A DNA stretch of 64,000 nucleotides from Octopus vulgaris (lineage: Eukaryota), in the NCBI GenBank assembly GCA_951406725.2, contig OX597838.1, positions 13,330,001 through 13,394,000 on the forward strand, in the 5' to 3' direction. Positions within the stretch are counted from its first letter, which is position 1. The number at the start of each line of letters is the position of its first letter. Under the pieces are notes generated by a model that saw only the letters and a list, made by a program, of their open reading frames with translations, made no database searches and was not told the origin of the DNA. Of the stretch, positions 43,487 through 57,979 are shown one piece after another. The position numbers and the translations under genes were made by a program.

Positions 43487-43829
43487 TAGACCGACAGACA
43501 TGCCACAATAAACTCTGGGACCAATCAAAAACGACACACACACATAAACACGTGTATATACACACACACACATAGAGACGTGCACAGAAACACACACATT
43601 CACACCATTCTGAGCTCAATGACCAGTCCCCAAAACCACTGAACCATGACAGACTAACCCAGAAACAAAAAAAATCCTGTTAATTCCACATTGCTCCTCC
43701 ATCCCCCACCCCAACCTTCCACACTGTCCTTTAAAATAGCAAACATTTCTTAATAAACACACAAGACAGAAACAATTCCAAAAAGGTTGGGTCTTCTCCA
43801 ATCTTTTGTAAATTCTTTAATATATCTCC

Positions 43830-43850
43830 TTCTCTGTGTGTGTGTGTATG

Positions 43851-43902
<52 letters not shown>

Positions 43903-44175
43903 TACCAAACAAACATGATTTTTATTGAACTCCTAATACTTTTGTTGAGTATTTTCTTAAATACTTTCTTATAAACTGTTTTTAACATTTTCTTATTATT
44001 GTCAAAGAATGTATACATGTATTTTAATACCTTCGTGACAACCAGTACTTAACACAATAAAGCTTATACAAAGCTTTACATTTCACCTTCGACAATATTT
44101 TTCTAAAAACGTGAAACAGGTCAAATGAATAAACATCTTTAAAATTGCATTTTCAAACCATCTTTCATATGTGTG

Positions 44176-44220
<45 letters not shown>

Positions 44221-44540
44221 ACGTGTGTGTGTGTATGTATATATATATATATAAACTACCAAACAAATATGATTTTTATTGAACTTCAAATACTTTTGTT
44301 GAATGTTTTCTTAAATACTTTCTTATAAACTATTTTAACACTTTCTTATTTGTTGTCAAAGAATGTATACATGTATTTTAATACCTTCGTGACAACCAGT
44401 ACTTAACACAATAAAGCTTATACAAAGCTTTACATTTCACCTTCGACAATATTTTTCTAAAAAAGTGAAACAGGTCAAGTGAATAAACACCTTTAAAATT
44501 GCATTTTCAAACCTTCTTTCATATGTGTGTGTGTGTGTAT
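43830..44540. repeat. Tandem duplication, ~355-bp unit x2
   Basis: AAACTACCAAACAAA..TTTTCAAACC at ~43898-44160 and ~44253-44514. Confidence 0.9.
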
Positions 44541-44559
44541 AAGAACTTACTGTGGACAA

Positions 44560-45275
44560 AGTTGAGTGCCATTCAATCATAAATAAATAAAAAATACACA
44601 TCAAGTACAGGACACCACCAAAGAGTGAAAAATACTTAAGCATAAGAGAGATAAGTACGCTAAAATCCTGTACTTTCGGTGCGTCTTGTGCCAGACCAAG
44701 AAGACCACCATCGAGAAATAAGCGGCAAGCCTCTGCAACTTGAAGTCGCATGTCAAAAGGAAACACCCAGCGCATGCCATCCAGTTTGAGGAGAGGATCA
44801 AGGTTGGCTCTTCCCGTGGGAAACACAAGCAATCTTCTGGTAGCAGTGCCAGTAGCCAGTCATCGCAGCCATGTGCAAAGAAAGCACGCCATCCTAGCAC
44901 TGGCGAGGTGTTTGCCCAAACTGCTGGCACTGGCGTCCATCAGACTATATTGAACAGTAGGATTGTAGGAGCTGGCAGAAACGTTAGCACGCCGGGCGAA
45001 ATGCGTAGCCGTATTTCATCTGCCGCTACGTTCTGAGTTCAAATTCCGCCGAGGTCGACTTTGCCTTTCATCCTTTCGGGGTCGATAAATTAAGTACGAG
45101 TTAAGCACTGGGGTCGATGTAATCGACTTAATCCGTTTGTCTGTCCTTGTTTGTCCCCTCTGTGTTTAGCCCCTTGTGGGTAGTAAAGAAATAGGATTGT
45201 AGACCTGTTTGTCGACAACATGCTACTGCTGCATGTAGTAGAGTCCCCCAGCTTTGTCGGCCTGATCAAGACAAT
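44560..45275 (+). pseudogene. hAT (Ac/Tol2-like) transposase N-terminus, interrupted by a SINE
   Basis: BED finger CVLC..NLKSHVKRKH; removing the SINE gives NSRIVDLFVDNMLLLHVVESPSFVGLIKT (Hermes-type DNA-binding motif); in-frame stops. Confidence 0.82.
44969..45191 (+). mobile_element. SINE family B with 11-bp TSD
   Basis: TAGGATTGTAG at 44958-44968 and 45192-45202. Confidence 0.93.
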
Positions 45276-45658
45276 ATCCTCCTCTTTTTTCAATGTTTCC
45301 ATATTAGAAGCGAAGTTACTGGAGCTTGCTGCCATAACCACACAAAACACGGCGTCAAATTTGTCAACACGTGCTTCTTCGCAGATAAAAAGACTTTTCA
45401 AAGACTGCTTGGTTTCGCTTGTTACTATGGCAACAGGCATGTGCTTTCTCGCTGACAAAAGAGTTCTCATGTTCCGCTTCTTACTATCGAAACAGACATG
45501 AATGTGTCTGGGCTTACGATTGGCTAAATTACCGAAATTTTCAAACTTTAATTGCTAATGACTCCTTATTGATTGATTTATAGCAAAAATTACTTTCACG
45601 TAATTAATTAGCCTATAAAAGCGTATCAATACACACACACATACATATAAATATACGT

Positions 45659-45819
45659 ATATACGACGGGCTTCTTTCAGTTTCCGTCTACCAAATCTAC
45701 TCACAAGGCTTTGGCCGGCCCGAGGCTATGGTAGAAGATACTTGCCCAAGGTGTCACGCAGTGGGACTGAACCCGGAACCATGTGGTTGGTAAGCAAGCT
45801 ACTTACCACACAGCCACTC
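45659..45819 (-). mobile_element. SINE family A 5' half
   Basis: Family match. Confidence 0.88.
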
Positions 45820-45953
45820 TAACATTTTAATTATAAATCTATAGCAAAAATGATTTTCGTTTTCATAAATAATATGCAAAACTTAATCCATATACTAAAT
45901 TTGAAAACAATTGGAGATAGTGATTCAAACCACAAAGATCTGTGTATGTGTGT

Positions 45954-46014
<61 letters not shown>

Positions 46015-46122
46015 TGTGTGTGTTTGTGTGTGTGTGGAGAGAGAGAGAGAGGGGTTCATACATTTCAGCATCTATTCGCACTGCATATAAACACACGCAC
46101 ATTCACACATATACATAATGTG

Positions 46123-46185
<63 letters not shown>

Positions 46186-46295
46186 CTAAAAGGGAGACAA
46201 CTGTTACGTGTGCAGTTTCGATACACACTACATAACTTGAATAGTTTCTAGTAGTAGTAGTAGTAGTGGTGGTGGTGGTGGTGGTGGTGGTGGTG

Positions 46296-46359
<64 letters not shown>

Positions 46360-46390
46360 CAGCAGCAGCGGCGGCGGCGGTGGTAAGCGG

Positions 46391-46424
<34 letters not shown>

Positions 46425-46433
46425 TAGACAGAC

Positions 46434-46498
<65 letters not shown>

Positions 46499-46553
46499 CA
46501 TACATACATACATACATAGATAGACAGACAGACAGACAGACAGCTAGCTAGAG

Positions 46554-46605
<52 letters not shown>

Positions 46606-46896
46606 GGATGGATGGATGGACGGACGGACGGGTGGGTGGATAGTAAAACTGAAAGAGTACAGTGTTTGAGTACATAAATATAAGATAAAAATGCGAAAAG
46701 TACTTCATTTCTATAATATGCATAAGTCACGCCCACGCAATGGAGTGCCGGGGTCGTCGTCATCTTCTTACTAAGGAAAGCTTATTGCACAATGTGCGGG
46801 GGGGTGTGTGTATCTGTGCATGTATGAATATGTGTGAGTGTACATATATGTATATACTATTATTGTTCTCCGTCGTTTTGCATGTATGTGCTTACT

Positions 46897-46968
<72 letters not shown>

Positions 46969-46977
46969 CATATATAT

Positions 46978-47460
<483 letters not shown>

Positions 47461-47660
47461 TCACACACACACACATACACACACACATACACACACATAT
47501 AAACTTACTGTTAACAAAATTCGGGATGCGTGGCTTTCAGTTAATAAATGGAAAATGCTTTAAATACTACAAAACGTACACGTAGGACAGACACATCAGT
47601 TATCAACCAAAATTACTAATACTCAGTTTCGTACCTACACACACACACACACACAAATAA

Positions 47661-47717
<57 letters not shown>

Positions 47718-48151
47718 TATATCGGCCACGGTACTTAACTGGTGCTTTGTTTTATTGATCCCAGGATGTCTGAAAGTCAAATGTTGACCTCAACCTCAAC
47801 GGCGAGACTCGAACTCAAATCCCAGGACGTAAAGATTTAAAAAAAAATTTTTTTTAAACAGAGACAAAAAACCGCCATGTGTATTCACAGCCAACTATCC
47901 AGAGCCGGCTCAAGGTACCGGCAACTCGAGCATTCGCCCGGTGCGCCATGTGCTGGGGTCTGCCAAGGAAAACGCAACAAAGACAAGGAGATTTCCACGA
48001 TCGTCAGCTTGTACACGCCGGAGTTCAGTTTGCCTGAGGCGCCAGCAACCCCAGGGCCGACCCTGCCATTATCTCCTCCTCCACCACCACCACCACCACC
48101 ATCACCACCACCAACAACAACAGCAACAACCACTCCGATGCCACTTTGTCT

Positions 48152-48522
48152 GCGAGCTGGCAGAAACGTTAGCACGCCGGGCGTTCAAATTCCGCCGAGG
48201 TCGACTTTGCCTTTCATCCTTTCGGGGTCGATTAAATAAGTACCAGTTACACACTGGGGTCGATATAATCGACTTAATCCGTTTGTCTGTCCTTGTTTGT
48301 CCTCTCTGTGTTTAGCCCTTGTGGGTAATAAAGAAATAGGTATTTCGTCTGCCGTTACCTTCTGAGTTCAAATTCCGCCGAGGTCGACTTTGCCTTTCAT
48401 CCTTTCGGGGTCGATTAAATAAGTACCAGTTACACACTGGGGTCGATATAATCGACTTAATCCGTTTGTCTGTCCTTGTTTGTCCCCTCTGTGTTTAGCC
48501 CCTTGTGGGCAGTAAAGAAATA
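48152..48522 (+). mobile_element. SINE family B dimer
   Basis: AAAGAAATA|GGTATTTCG junction at 48338/48339. Confidence 0.9.
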
Positions 48523-48885
48523 TATATGTCTACGTGTAAGCATGTCGCTCCATTGCTGATCCGACCCTTAATGGCTACATCGTTAAAGTATAAAGGGAAA
48601 GAAATGTCTAATGGTATTTCTACGGGCTTTTTATGTGTTTGAGTTCGTGTCATGCTGAGGGTAACTGTGACCTTCATCGTCCCGGGGCCAATAAAATAAA
48701 CTAGCAGCAAATACTGGGCGTGGGCGTTGGGTGTATTCGAGTGTGTTCAATGGCCCCCGAATTTCTTCATTTCTGTCTGAGGGAAATTGTAGCGGGTTTT
48801 ACAAAGAGTACTCAATACATTATACTGATTACATTTATAATATTTTTATAAGGTTTATATCATGCGCACGCGCGTGTCTATGTGT

Positions 48886-48931
<46 letters not shown>

Positions 48932-48958
48932 CAACGCTTTTATAAATAAAGAATATAC

Positions 48959-49010
<52 letters not shown>

Positions 49011-49039
49011 ATATATATATATACACATACATATATAAA

Positions 49040-49340
49040 ATTCAGTTTTGGGTATTCTATTTCAGATGATACAAAAAATAAACCTAATGAGTATATCTGA
49101 AGGTAAACTCGTGGTATCCATTTGCACATCACGAAATAATACTTTAAAGAATGCAACCCGTATACCAGCAAGGAAGTATATCTTGCACCCTGCTGGTAAA
49201 CTGGTTATATCCTTTAAAGTATTATTTCGTGATGTGCAAATGGATATCACAAGTTTACCTTCAGATATATTCATTAGCTTATTTTTTTTGTATTATCTGA
49301 AATAAAATACCCGCATATTTATTAATCCCCAAAACTGAAT
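49040..49340. repeat. Long fold-back hairpin, ~130-bp arms, ~20-nt loop
   Basis: 49040-49170 pairs with ~49191-49340, with one bulge and scattered transitions. Confidence 0.9.
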
Positions 49341-49430
49341 AATTATTGATTTCTATTATATATTTTGTATATATTTCTAGATAGATATATAAGTACATGA
49401 TAATCAAGACCCCACTGTACGATACGCAGA

Positions 49431-49468
<38 letters not shown>

Positions 49469-49613
49469 TAATTTAGGGTATCTAAGAGATACCACCATGC
49501 TGGAAATAGCAGCCAAAACTTGACTCTAAAGCCACATTAAATGTTCATATAGCACCAGGAGAGAAGACAAAGAGACAAAATAAACTAGCAAAAAAAAAAA
49601 ACATTACTGGATA

Positions 49614-49677
49614 ATTCCAGATCCCGGATCTCTGACTCTGCATAAGAAATGCTCTGCTCTGCCTTCATCAGTGGAAT
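49614..49677 (-). ncRNA. Hammerhead remnant (GAAA to GAGA)
   Basis: AUUCCA-CUGAUGA..GAGA-UCCGGGA-UC-UGGAAU; perfect 6-bp stem I. Confidence 0.55.
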
Positions 49678-49827
49678 ATACTCAGATAACACATAAATAC
49701 AAATATATACATATATAACATACGAATACCTACATATACATGCTGGCCACCTGATACGATCGGCATTTAAATAACGACCTTATATCCTTATTTATATAAA
49801 TTTATATACAAACATACATACATACAT

Positions 49828-49909
<82 letters not shown>

Positions 49910-50046
49910 CTTTGTCATTGCCATACAAATAACTTGGTATACAACTCATTATACATATGCTTCTAAACGAAATGTTAGTCGAGTGCAGAGCGGTAAGAGG
50001 AAAAAGAGATGGCAAAGGAATAAAGGATTATCTTATCAACTTCATT

Positions 50047-50127
50047 AGCTCTCAGCTGTTTCTGGCATAAGATGTAGTGGACTCATAATTGAGTGGTTGA
50101 GTAACACCTTATAGCTTCATCGGAGCC
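50047..50127 (-). ncRNA. Degenerate hammerhead remnant
   Basis: GCUC-CGAUGA..UAUAAGGUGU/ACAUCUUAUG..GAAAC-AGCU-G-A-GAGC. Confidence 0.45.
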
Positions 50128-50199
50128 GCAACATTCTCAAACTTAAAGTGCACAAGATAATCCTTTATTCTTTTGTAATCACTTTTTTTCTTATTTATG

Positions 50200-50810
<611 letters not shown>

Positions 50811-52214
50811 CACCTAAACATGCATATGCATATGCATATTCATACATATACACATGTACATAATGTGTGTTCGTGAAAGTGTTCGTGTGAAAATTTTCGA
50901 AGCAGAAAATATTTCAGAACTTACTTTGGGACCTCGACACTCTTCCATCCATCCATCCATCCATCCACACACTCACACACTCATCCATCCACACACACAC
51001 ACACACACACACACACAACGTCTGCTGCAAACTAAAAGAGAATATATATGTACATATAACGTATCTATAACGTATAATGGTATAAAGTAGAGTAGTATAT
51101 ATAACACTATACCTTGCCTCTTAGATTTTCCCCTATGCTTGTTGTGTGCTGTGCGCTGTCTGCATGCATAGATGTATTTATTTCCTTCGTTTTCTTTCAT
51201 ATATTTATACATGTTTATTTCTATTTATTTACTTTTTGTTGCTGTCGTCTGCCAACAAGATTCAAAGAAGATAAAAAAGAAAATGGAAGACGAACCCAAA
51301 CAATAGCTTTGCAGCAGTTAAGCAGACCCATCCAAGCAAGCAACTTGTCAAAAAGTTATCACTTTTACTATTTTGTTATTTATTGTTGCTACATAAGTAT
51401 TACTGAGAATCCTCATTTTCTGTTTTTTTTTTTTTTACTTTTTCTCTCTCTGCAATTCTCTCACCCTCGCCACTGAATTCTTTTTTGTTGTTGTTTTTTT
51501 TTTTTTGTTGTGTTTTTTTTTTCTTTGTCTATTTCGTATGTCAGCCGCCCCTAATATTCTGAAACCTTGTGGCTAATAAAAGAAAAACCTATCTAACTTC
51601 GTTTATCATGGGTGTTTGGTTTTTTAAAAAAAAAACTGTTAAATGAATCAGGGGGACAAATAAATAATAGAACATATGGGGGGGGGGGGAAATAGGTTTC
51701 GTTCCGAGACCCCAAGTTGTCCCCCTAACCCAAATAACACCGCCGAACAACTTTTACAAACACACACACACACAGTAGTTTAGATTTATGTTTAGAAAAT
51801 ATTTAGAGTAAAATTTAGAGTAAAATCTTTTCTTTTTCACTCCACGCAGATCTCCCTCACCCACCTCGCTATTTCCTTTTTAGCTTTTTTCTGTGATTTT
51901 GTTTTCTGTCTATTTCGTACGTCAGCCGTCTCTAATGTTCTTGGGCCCTTGTGGTCAATAAAAGAAATCCTTGTACATCAATCCTCATATATCGAGGGCA
52001 TTAGAGCAAAAATATATAAGAGCAAAAATGCCATTTAAAGTGAATTATCAGAATGGAATAGTAGAGCACATGGGATACCAACTTATCCTCCTAACTTACC
52101 CAAACAGCACCTCCAAACCGTTTTTAAACAGACATTGTAATATTGTTCATGTTTGGAAAAATACTTAAGAAAATACAATCAAATGTATATATATATATAT
52201 ATAAGATTTTAAAT

Positions 52215-52416
52215 TTTTGCACAAGGCCAGCAATTTAGGCGAAGAACTAAGTCGATTACATCGGTCGCAAAGTTCAACTGGTACTTATTTTATCGACCCC
52301 GAGAGGATGAAAGGTAAAGTTGACCTCGGCGGAATTTGAACTCAGAACGTAAAGACGAACGAAATGCCGCTAAGCACTTCACCCGCCGTGCTCACGATCC
52401 TGCCAGCTCGCCGCCT
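52215..52416 (-). mobile_element. Older family-B-like SINE with a different tail
   Basis: Head and central domain match family B; tail TTGCTGGCCTTGTGC. Confidence 0.8.
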
Positions 52417-52444
52417 TTGATTAGTTAATGATAAATGTATATAT

Positions 52445-52878
52445 AGGCGCAGGAGTGGCTGTGTGGTAAGTAGCTTGCCTACCAACCACATGGTTCTGGG
52501 TTCAGTCCCACTGCGTGGCATCTTGGGCAAGTGTCTTCTGCTATAGCCTCGGGCCGACCAATGCCTTGTGAGTGGATTTGGTAGACGGAAACTGAAAGAA
52601 GCCTGTCGTATATATGTATATATATGTATATATATGTATGTATGTGTGTGTATGTATATGTTTGTGTGTCTGCGTTTGTCCCTCTAGCATTGCTTGACAA
52701 ACGATGCTGGTGTGTTTACGTCCCCGTCACTTAGCGGTTCGGCAATAGAGACTGATAGAATAAGTACTGGGCTTACAAAGAATAAGTCCCGGGGTCGATT
52801 TGCTCGACTAAAGGCGGGTACTCCAGCATGGCCGCAGTCAAATTACTGAAACAAGTAAAAGAGTAAAAGAGTAAAGAG
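52445..52878 (+). mobile_element. SINE family A
   Basis: Full-length family match. Confidence 0.92.
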
Positions 52879-53315
52879 TGAAAGATATAACTAGCAGAAT
52901 CTTTGACTGGTCGCTGAGCCATGTTATGACAGATTAATTCGTGATAAGCTTGACAACGGTTCGCAGCGTGCCATTTCATCTCGAATCAGTGATGAATGAC
53001 TCAGCGAAAAACTAGGGTACTTTTACCTTTTCTTGTTTCAAACATTAGACTGCGGCCGTGCTGGGGCACCACCCTGAGCAATTTTAGTCGAATGAATCAG
53101 TCCCAGTACATTTTTTAAAACCCAAGTACTTTCTTTGGAATAGAAAAAAAAAGTCTATCTTTATTTCTTCTTTTGCTGGTGTCTCAAATTTAGCTTAAAT
53201 CAGTGTTTCTCAAAGGGGAGGCCTATGGGACGGTCGGACAAGTTGTTTTGAGAAAATTTGGTTTAAATGTTTGACAACTCAGCACCGTCCATTGGACGGG
53301 GGGCGTTTTGCTCGC

Positions 53316-53350
<35 letters not shown>

Positions 53351-53547
53351 TACATACATACATGTATTCTTTTATTCTTTTATTTGTTTCAGTAATTTGA
53401 CTGAAATCGATCTCAGGACTTATTCTTTGTAAGCCTAGTACTTATTCTATCGGTCTCTTTTTGCCGAACCGCTAAGTTACGGAGACGTAGCCAAGCGATG
53501 TTGGGGTGGGGGCAAACACACAAACACATACACACACACCACACAAA

Positions 53548-53572
53548 TCTATATATATAAAGCTGAAGTTGT

Positions 53573-53628
<56 letters not shown>

Positions 53629-54410
53629 CGGGTTTGGTAGCCTTCAACTAACACTATCTACTCTGAGACCCTGCCGCGCAAGTTGATCAAAATTGAGAGT
53701 ACGATAGGAGAAGGCTTGCACTTCATTCCGTAGAAGAAAAATTCAAATCGGACCATGTTAAGACCAAAAATTATTTACATCAAAAAGGTGCTTTTTTTCT
53801 ATGAAAACCCCTATTTTTTACGATTTTTTTTTTACTGCTGTGTCGCCACTTTTCGGTGTATTCCAACCAGAAAAAGTGCGATTTGCATGCTGTTACTATC
53901 TTGATGTTGAAGTCAAACGTTCAATGGGTATGTTTTGATTTTACAAATTTTTTTAGTTATACGTGATGTAAAATAGTCGATTTTATTCATTTTACATGTA
54001 CAACCACCCGTTTTGGCTTCAAAATAACATTTTTTAAATTTTTGTAACCACAAACTGTTCTTACTAACGTTTTGGATTTTCCTGTACTTTTTTCTTAATG
54101 AATACTGTTGCAGAGTTAACTTCTTAATAGATTTTCTGTGCAGTTCGAAACTTGAGCTTCATTTTGCTTTAAATCTACGGGTAATTTTTTTCTCCATAAT
54201 GTTAATAGAAGGAATATTAACCAACAATACCAACAATCGAAGTCGGCATTACACATTTGCAGCACATTCAGAGCAAACTTGAGCATCGCCACACTATACT
54301 TTTATTCAAAGATTGAAACTATGTCAAAACTTTGTTAACACGACATCAAAGTCTGCCGTTTTCAGCGCAACTAAAAAACAAACCCGAGCAACGCCGAGCT
54401 ATACTGCTAG
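53548..54410 (+). mobile_element. Non-autonomous Helitron, long variant
   Basis: A|TCTATATATATAAAG start; AAACCCGAGCAACGCCGAGCTATACTGCTAG|T end shared with the first family; different interior. Confidence 0.85.
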
Positions 54411-54424
54411 TATATATAGGTCGC

Positions 54425-54950
54425 CATGTTGATTCGCTAGCTTCTGCACGCTTTTTTTTTCTCTCCTTGTTTCTCTCCGTGTTTCTTTTCTGTGTATCTT
54501 TCTGTTGAAGAGCGTAGGCTCGAAACGTAAAAGACTTGTTTTATTTATATTCCTGAGCGCCATACTAATACAATTGTTTGTTTGTATTCCACCTGCCTTC
54601 GTCTTTTGTTTATTTTCATAAAGCTTCCCGTTATATACATATATACATGCATATATACGACGGGCTTCTTTCAGCTTCCGTCTACCAAATCCACTCACAA
54701 GGCTTTGGTCGGCCCAAGGCTATAGTAGAAGACACTTGCCCAAGGTGCCACGTAGTGGGACTGAACCCGGAACTATGTGGTTAGTAAGCAAGCTACTTAC
54801 CACACAACTACTCCCTCTCATTTTATACTCTCTGTTTATTTCCTCACGTTCCTTTCTGTTGAAGAGCGTAGGCTCAAAACGTAAAAGACCTTCGTCACCT
54901 GCTTGTTGATTATACACCTGTCTTCGTCTTGTTATTCTGTAAATTTCAAC
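54425..54950 (+). mobile_element. Two CUGUUGA-type Penelope-like tails flanking a SINE-A 5' half (54655-54813, minus)
   Basis: CTGTTGAAGAGCGTAGGCTC at 54502 and 54856. Confidence 0.65.
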
Positions 54951-54951
54951 T

Positions 54952-55024
<73 letters not shown>

Positions 55025-55585
55025 TATACATATATATACATATATATATATATATATACATATATATACATATATATATATCCATGTATACATATATATA
55101 TACATATATATATATGTATGTATGTATGTGTATATATATATATGTATATATATATATGTGTATATATATATATATATATAGATAGATAGATAGATAGATA
55201 GATACATACATACATACATACATACATACATACATACATACATACATACATACATACGTACATAAATACATACATACATACATACATACATACATACATA
55301 CATACACACATACAAACCTTTCCCTGTATTTAGGTGTTTTGCATGTGTGTAGCCATTGTCATTTGGAACAATAACGAATGCTGGAGAAGGTAGGCTGGCC
55401 TCCTCGTGATGACCAGCGATGATCGGTATATCATTCCAGTGACCGCAGTGACCTCTAGTGTTCACCACAAGAACTCGTCTTGCCAGCGGCCCAAAGTAGA
55501 CATTTGCACCGAACGACTCCATAGCATGATGATCTGATGATTACTGACACGTTCGTGTGTATATACATGTGTGTGTGTGTGTGAA

Positions 55586-55616
<31 letters not shown>

Positions 55617-55717
55617 GCATATTTGTATATACAATATATAATATATATGTATGCACATATAGATATCATATAGATATATATATATATATATATATACATA
55701 CATTTATATATGCATAC

Positions 55718-55796
<79 letters not shown>

Positions 55797-55901
55797 TACA
55801 TACATATATATATATTGAATGCACTCAAATACTTGTCACGTTCATATATTTGTTTTACATATACTGTCATCATGTCAAATTGTTTATAAAAATTGAAGAA
55901 G

Positions 55902-56145
55902 GGATCTTTTCTTTTTGAAAGCCAGATTTTCCTAGTTAACTAAACAATTTGAAACTTCGTATACTGGTAGAATGTGTCAAAAGAAAACATAATTGTAAAC
56001 CAAAATGAAAACGGAATTGTAATTTCTAAGTTTGACGTTGTTTAAAAATTCGAATTTTAACCAATGATATTCTTTCTTTCGGTCATATTATTTACAGATT
56101 CTCAAAATATTGTTACTGTGACGTAAACAGCTATTTTGTGACGTA
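55902..56145 (+). mobile_element. Left arm of ~240-bp inverted pair (DNA-transposon end or MITE)
   Basis: Reverse-complement similarity to 58924-59153. Confidence 0.65.
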
Positions 56146-56250
56146 GTTAACGTAAACATGTAAATAGCTAAAATGTAAACATCTCCGCTTATCGTAAACT
56201 TCGTGGAGTATATATAAAATTTGTGTAGATCCTAAATAGCTACACACACA

Positions 56251-56750
56251 TCTCTTATTATAAAAGGCAGATTTTATCTGCCTCCCTTTGGGAGTTATAC
56301 AAATCTACAATATAGGATTTCTTCAATTACAATTTACCTTGCATTTTTGAGAGTACAATGCATCGCGTCATGCCAGGTTCAGTTTTTAAAATTTAAACTC
56401 CAATTAAGCAAAATTTACAGAAAACTCACATTCCGGTGTGTGTGTCAAATGCTTTTCTTAGTCTGGTTTACAGCACACGCAAACGCACACACACAGTGGG
56501 CAACGAATAAAATGAAAGTAATTGACTTACTGTAATGAGTGATTCTTTCACTCTGCCTCCCACTTCCTCTTTCAACACATAGACACGCAAATATATAAAT
56601 AAAATTGTAAGCTAACGTGCGTGTGTGTGAGTGGGTGTGTGTGGGTGTGCGCGTGTGTGTGTGTGTGAGGGTGCGTGTGTGTGTGTGTGTGTGTGTGTGC
56701 GTGAGTGTGTGACAGGAAAGTTTTTTTACGACGAATATAACACCTATATC
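56251..56750 (+). mobile_element. Probable Helitron 5' portion
   Basis: A|TCTCTTATTATAAAAGG start; no 3' CTAG end found. Confidence 0.4.
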
Positions 56751-56763
56751 CAAGTAGCAGAAA

Positions 56764-57350
56764 GATAAGACAGTAAGGTGTGATTTGAGGGAGATTTGGC
56801 TGCTATTTCTACCATGTCTAGCTGCCATGTAGGGGTCTCCCTCATAGACTCATACATACATATATACATAGATAAGACAGTAAGGTGTGATTTGGGGGAA
56901 ATTTGGCTGCTATTTCTACCAGGTCTAGCTGCCATGTAGGGGTCTCCCTCATAGGCTCATACATACATATATACATAGATAAGACAGTAAGGTGTGATTT
57001 GGGGGAAATTTGGCTGCTATTTCTACCAGGTCTAGCTGCCATGTAGGGATCTCCCTCATAGGCTCATACATACATATATACATAGATAAGACAGTAAGGT
57101 GTGATTTGGGGGAAATTTGGCTGCTATTTCTACCAGGTCTAGCTGCCATGTAGGGATCTCCCTCATAGGCTCATACATACATATATACATAGATAAGACA
57201 GTAAGGTGTGATTTGGGGGAAATTTGGCTGCTATTTCTACCAGGTCTAGCTACCATGTAGAGGTCCCCCTCATTGGCTCATATATATATACATACATAAG
57301 ACAGTAAGGTGTGATTTGAGGGAGATTTGGCTGCTGTTTCTACCAGGTCT
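56764..57350. repeat. 107-bp tandem repeat x~5.5
   Basis: GATAAGACAGTAAGGTGTGATTTG recurs at 107-bp spacing; the ATTTGGCTGCTATTTC core resembles the reverse complement of ~49500-49520. Confidence 0.95.
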
Positions 57351-57666
57351 GTTAGGCCTTCTCATGTAAACTCAAGCTTTCTCATGCCTTCAACATAAGA
57401 CCAAAGCAGAGAATGTATTCTTTTATTCTTCTGCTTTTTCCAGCCATTGGTCTGTGGCCATGCTGGGGCAATGCCTTGAAGAATTGTAGTTTAATGAATC
57501 AACTCCACTTTTATTTTTGTAAGCATTGTACTTATTCTATCTGTTTCCTTTGTCAAACCACTAGGTGACAGGGATGTAAACAAACCAACATTCGTTGTCA
57601 AGCAGTGGTGGAGGACAATCACAAGCACAGACACGCACACACACATACATGCATACACATATACAC

Positions 57667-57701
<35 letters not shown>

Positions 57702-57719
57702 TGTGTGTGTATATATATA

Positions 57720-57979
57720 TTGCAGCGTGGAAGGTGTTTGTAAGCCATTTAAGAAACACACAAAAAACCGTTACATTCACTTCAACATTTAAATTTAATT
57801 TGCCAAAATATTTTCGTCGCTTTGAGACCGCGACCTGTTCACTGACAAAAATATCGTGCTAACAGGTCGCGGTCTCAAAGCGATGAAAATATTTTGACAA
57901 ATGAAATTTAAATGTTCAAGTGAATCTAACGGTTTTTGTGTGTTTCTTAAATGGCTTATAAACACCTTCAACGCTGCAA
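57720..57979. repeat. Long fold-back hairpin, ~120-bp arms, 21-nt loop
   Basis: 57720-57839 vs 57861-57979. Confidence 0.92.
57799..57849 (-). ncRNA. Hammerhead-like motif with swapped G3-C8 core
   Basis: UUUGUCA-GUGAACA-G-GUCGC/GCGAC-GAAA-AUAU-UU-UGGCAAA. Confidence 0.6.

Noticed and set aside
56764-57350. CRISPR-like periodic arrays (also 15534, 16377, 32570)
   Set aside because: Whole units repeat with no unique spacers, no cas genes, eukaryotic context.
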